Source: Octopus bimaculoides (Eukaryota). Taken from it: a stretch of 64,000 nt of DNA. The stretch lies in assembly GCF_001194135.2 (NCBI RefSeq), contig NC_068981.1, positions 51,388,535 to 51,452,534 on the forward strand. The letters run 5' to 3'. Position 1 is the stretch's first letter. Each line of letters starts with the position of its first letter. The notes under the pieces were generated by a model. That model saw only the letters and a list, made by a program, of their open reading frames with translations. It was not told the origin of the DNA and did not search any database. Below are positions 62,789 to 64,000 of the stretch, piece by piece. Position numbers and translations under genes: made by a program.

Positions 62789-63890
62789 NNNNNNNNNNNN
62801 NNNNNNNNNNNNNNNNNNNNNNNNNNNNNNNNNNNNNNNNNNNNNNNNNNNNNNNNNNNNNNNNNNNNNNNNNNNNNNNNNNNNNNNNNNNNNNNNNNNN
62901 NNNNNNNNNNNNNNNNNNNNNNNNNNNNNNNNNNNNNNNNNNNNNNNNNNNNNNNNNNNNNNNNNNNNNNNNNNNNNNNNNNNNNNNNNNNNNNNNNNNN
63001 NNNNNNNNNNNNNNNNNNNNNNNNNNNNNNNNNNNNNNNNNNNNNNNNNNNNNNNNNNNNNNNNNNNNNNNNNNNNNNNNNNNNNNNNNNNNNNNNNNNN
63101 NNNNNNNNNNNNNNNNNNNNNNNNNNNNNNNNNNNNNNNNNNNNNNNNNNNNNNNNNNNNNNNNNNNNNNNNNNNNNNNNNNNNNNNNNNNNNNNNNNNN
63201 NNNNNNNNNNNNNNNNNNNNNNNNNNNNNNNNNNNNNNNNNNNNNNNNNNNNNNNNNNNNNNNNNNNNNNNNNNNNNNNNNNNNNNNNNNNNNNNNNNNN
63301 NNNNNNNNNNNNNNNNNNNNNNNNNNNNNNNNNNNNNNNNNNNNNNNNNNNNNNNNNNNNNNNNNNNNNNNNNNNNNNNNNNNNNNNNNNNNNNNNNNNN
63401 NNNNNNNNNNNNNNNNNNNNNNNNNNNNNNNNNNNNNNNNNNNNNNNNNNNNNNNNNNNNNNNNNNNNNNNNNNNNNNNNNNNNNNNNNNNNNNNNNNNN
63501 NNNNNNNNNNNNNNNNNNNNNNNNNNNNNNNNNNNNNNNATATATATATATATAGTTATAGTTATTTTTGTATAAGCGTCGATGTGTCATGCGATAGGGT
63601 GTATATACGCCACTTAAGAGAATGCGAGTTCATTCCTTTAATACAGATGTTGAATAAACTCTTATTGAATAAACTCTTTGGGAAACAGTCTCTTTCTGTC
63701 ACTCTTACGATACATGGCTTGTAATTTTAACTGATACCAAATCAAATACACATCACGAAGAAGTTGTCAATGATTTTTATATTAACAACACATCTCACGC
63801 GTATTTTATCTTTCAAAACTCTAGTAGTGACATATTGTAGTATACCACCATAAACATTATGGCAAGATATTAAGGTAGGATATTAATAAA

Positions 63891-63926
63891 TAAAATTAGA
63901 CTAAGAACTAAAATTAGACTAAGAAC
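63891..63926. repeat. Perfect 18-bp tandem duplication TAAAATTAGACTAAGAAC x2
   Basis: Seen directly. Confidence 0.95.
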
Positions 63927-64000
63927 TGTATTCAATTAGTTCTGAATATATTTAAGGCGGTTGCACGTAGATGTGTTTCATGAAGTCAAATTTATATTTT

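Overview
AT-rich, repeat-dense eukaryotic genomic DNA from a draft assembly with ten N-gaps, most flanked by (TA)n tracts. The SINE families, extreme microsatellite load and LINE complement suggest an octopod cephalopod; this is pattern recognition, not a database result. I found no recognisable host protein-coding exon, tRNA, rRNA or CRISPR array. Most ORFs in the track are microsatellite or N-gap artefacts, and the protein-like ones are decayed transposon genes: RTE, R4/Dong-type (RLE endonuclease), CR1, L1/Tx1, I/Jockey-like LINEs, a mariner half-element and Penelope-like ends. The window reads as a large intron or gene desert. The most notable observations are: (i) a 66-bp segment, 65/66 identical to a decayed LINE 5.8 kb away, at the deletion junction of a Dong element (candidate locally templated repair insertion); (ii) head-to-tail arrays of Dong-like retrotransposons in (TAA)n tracts, including a two-subfamily chimera joined at a CCAAG microhomology; (iii) decayed minimal type-I hammerhead ribozyme motifs in Penelope-like remnants; (iv) several hairpin-type DNA rearrangements. 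I see no evidence of a novel multi-gene system.
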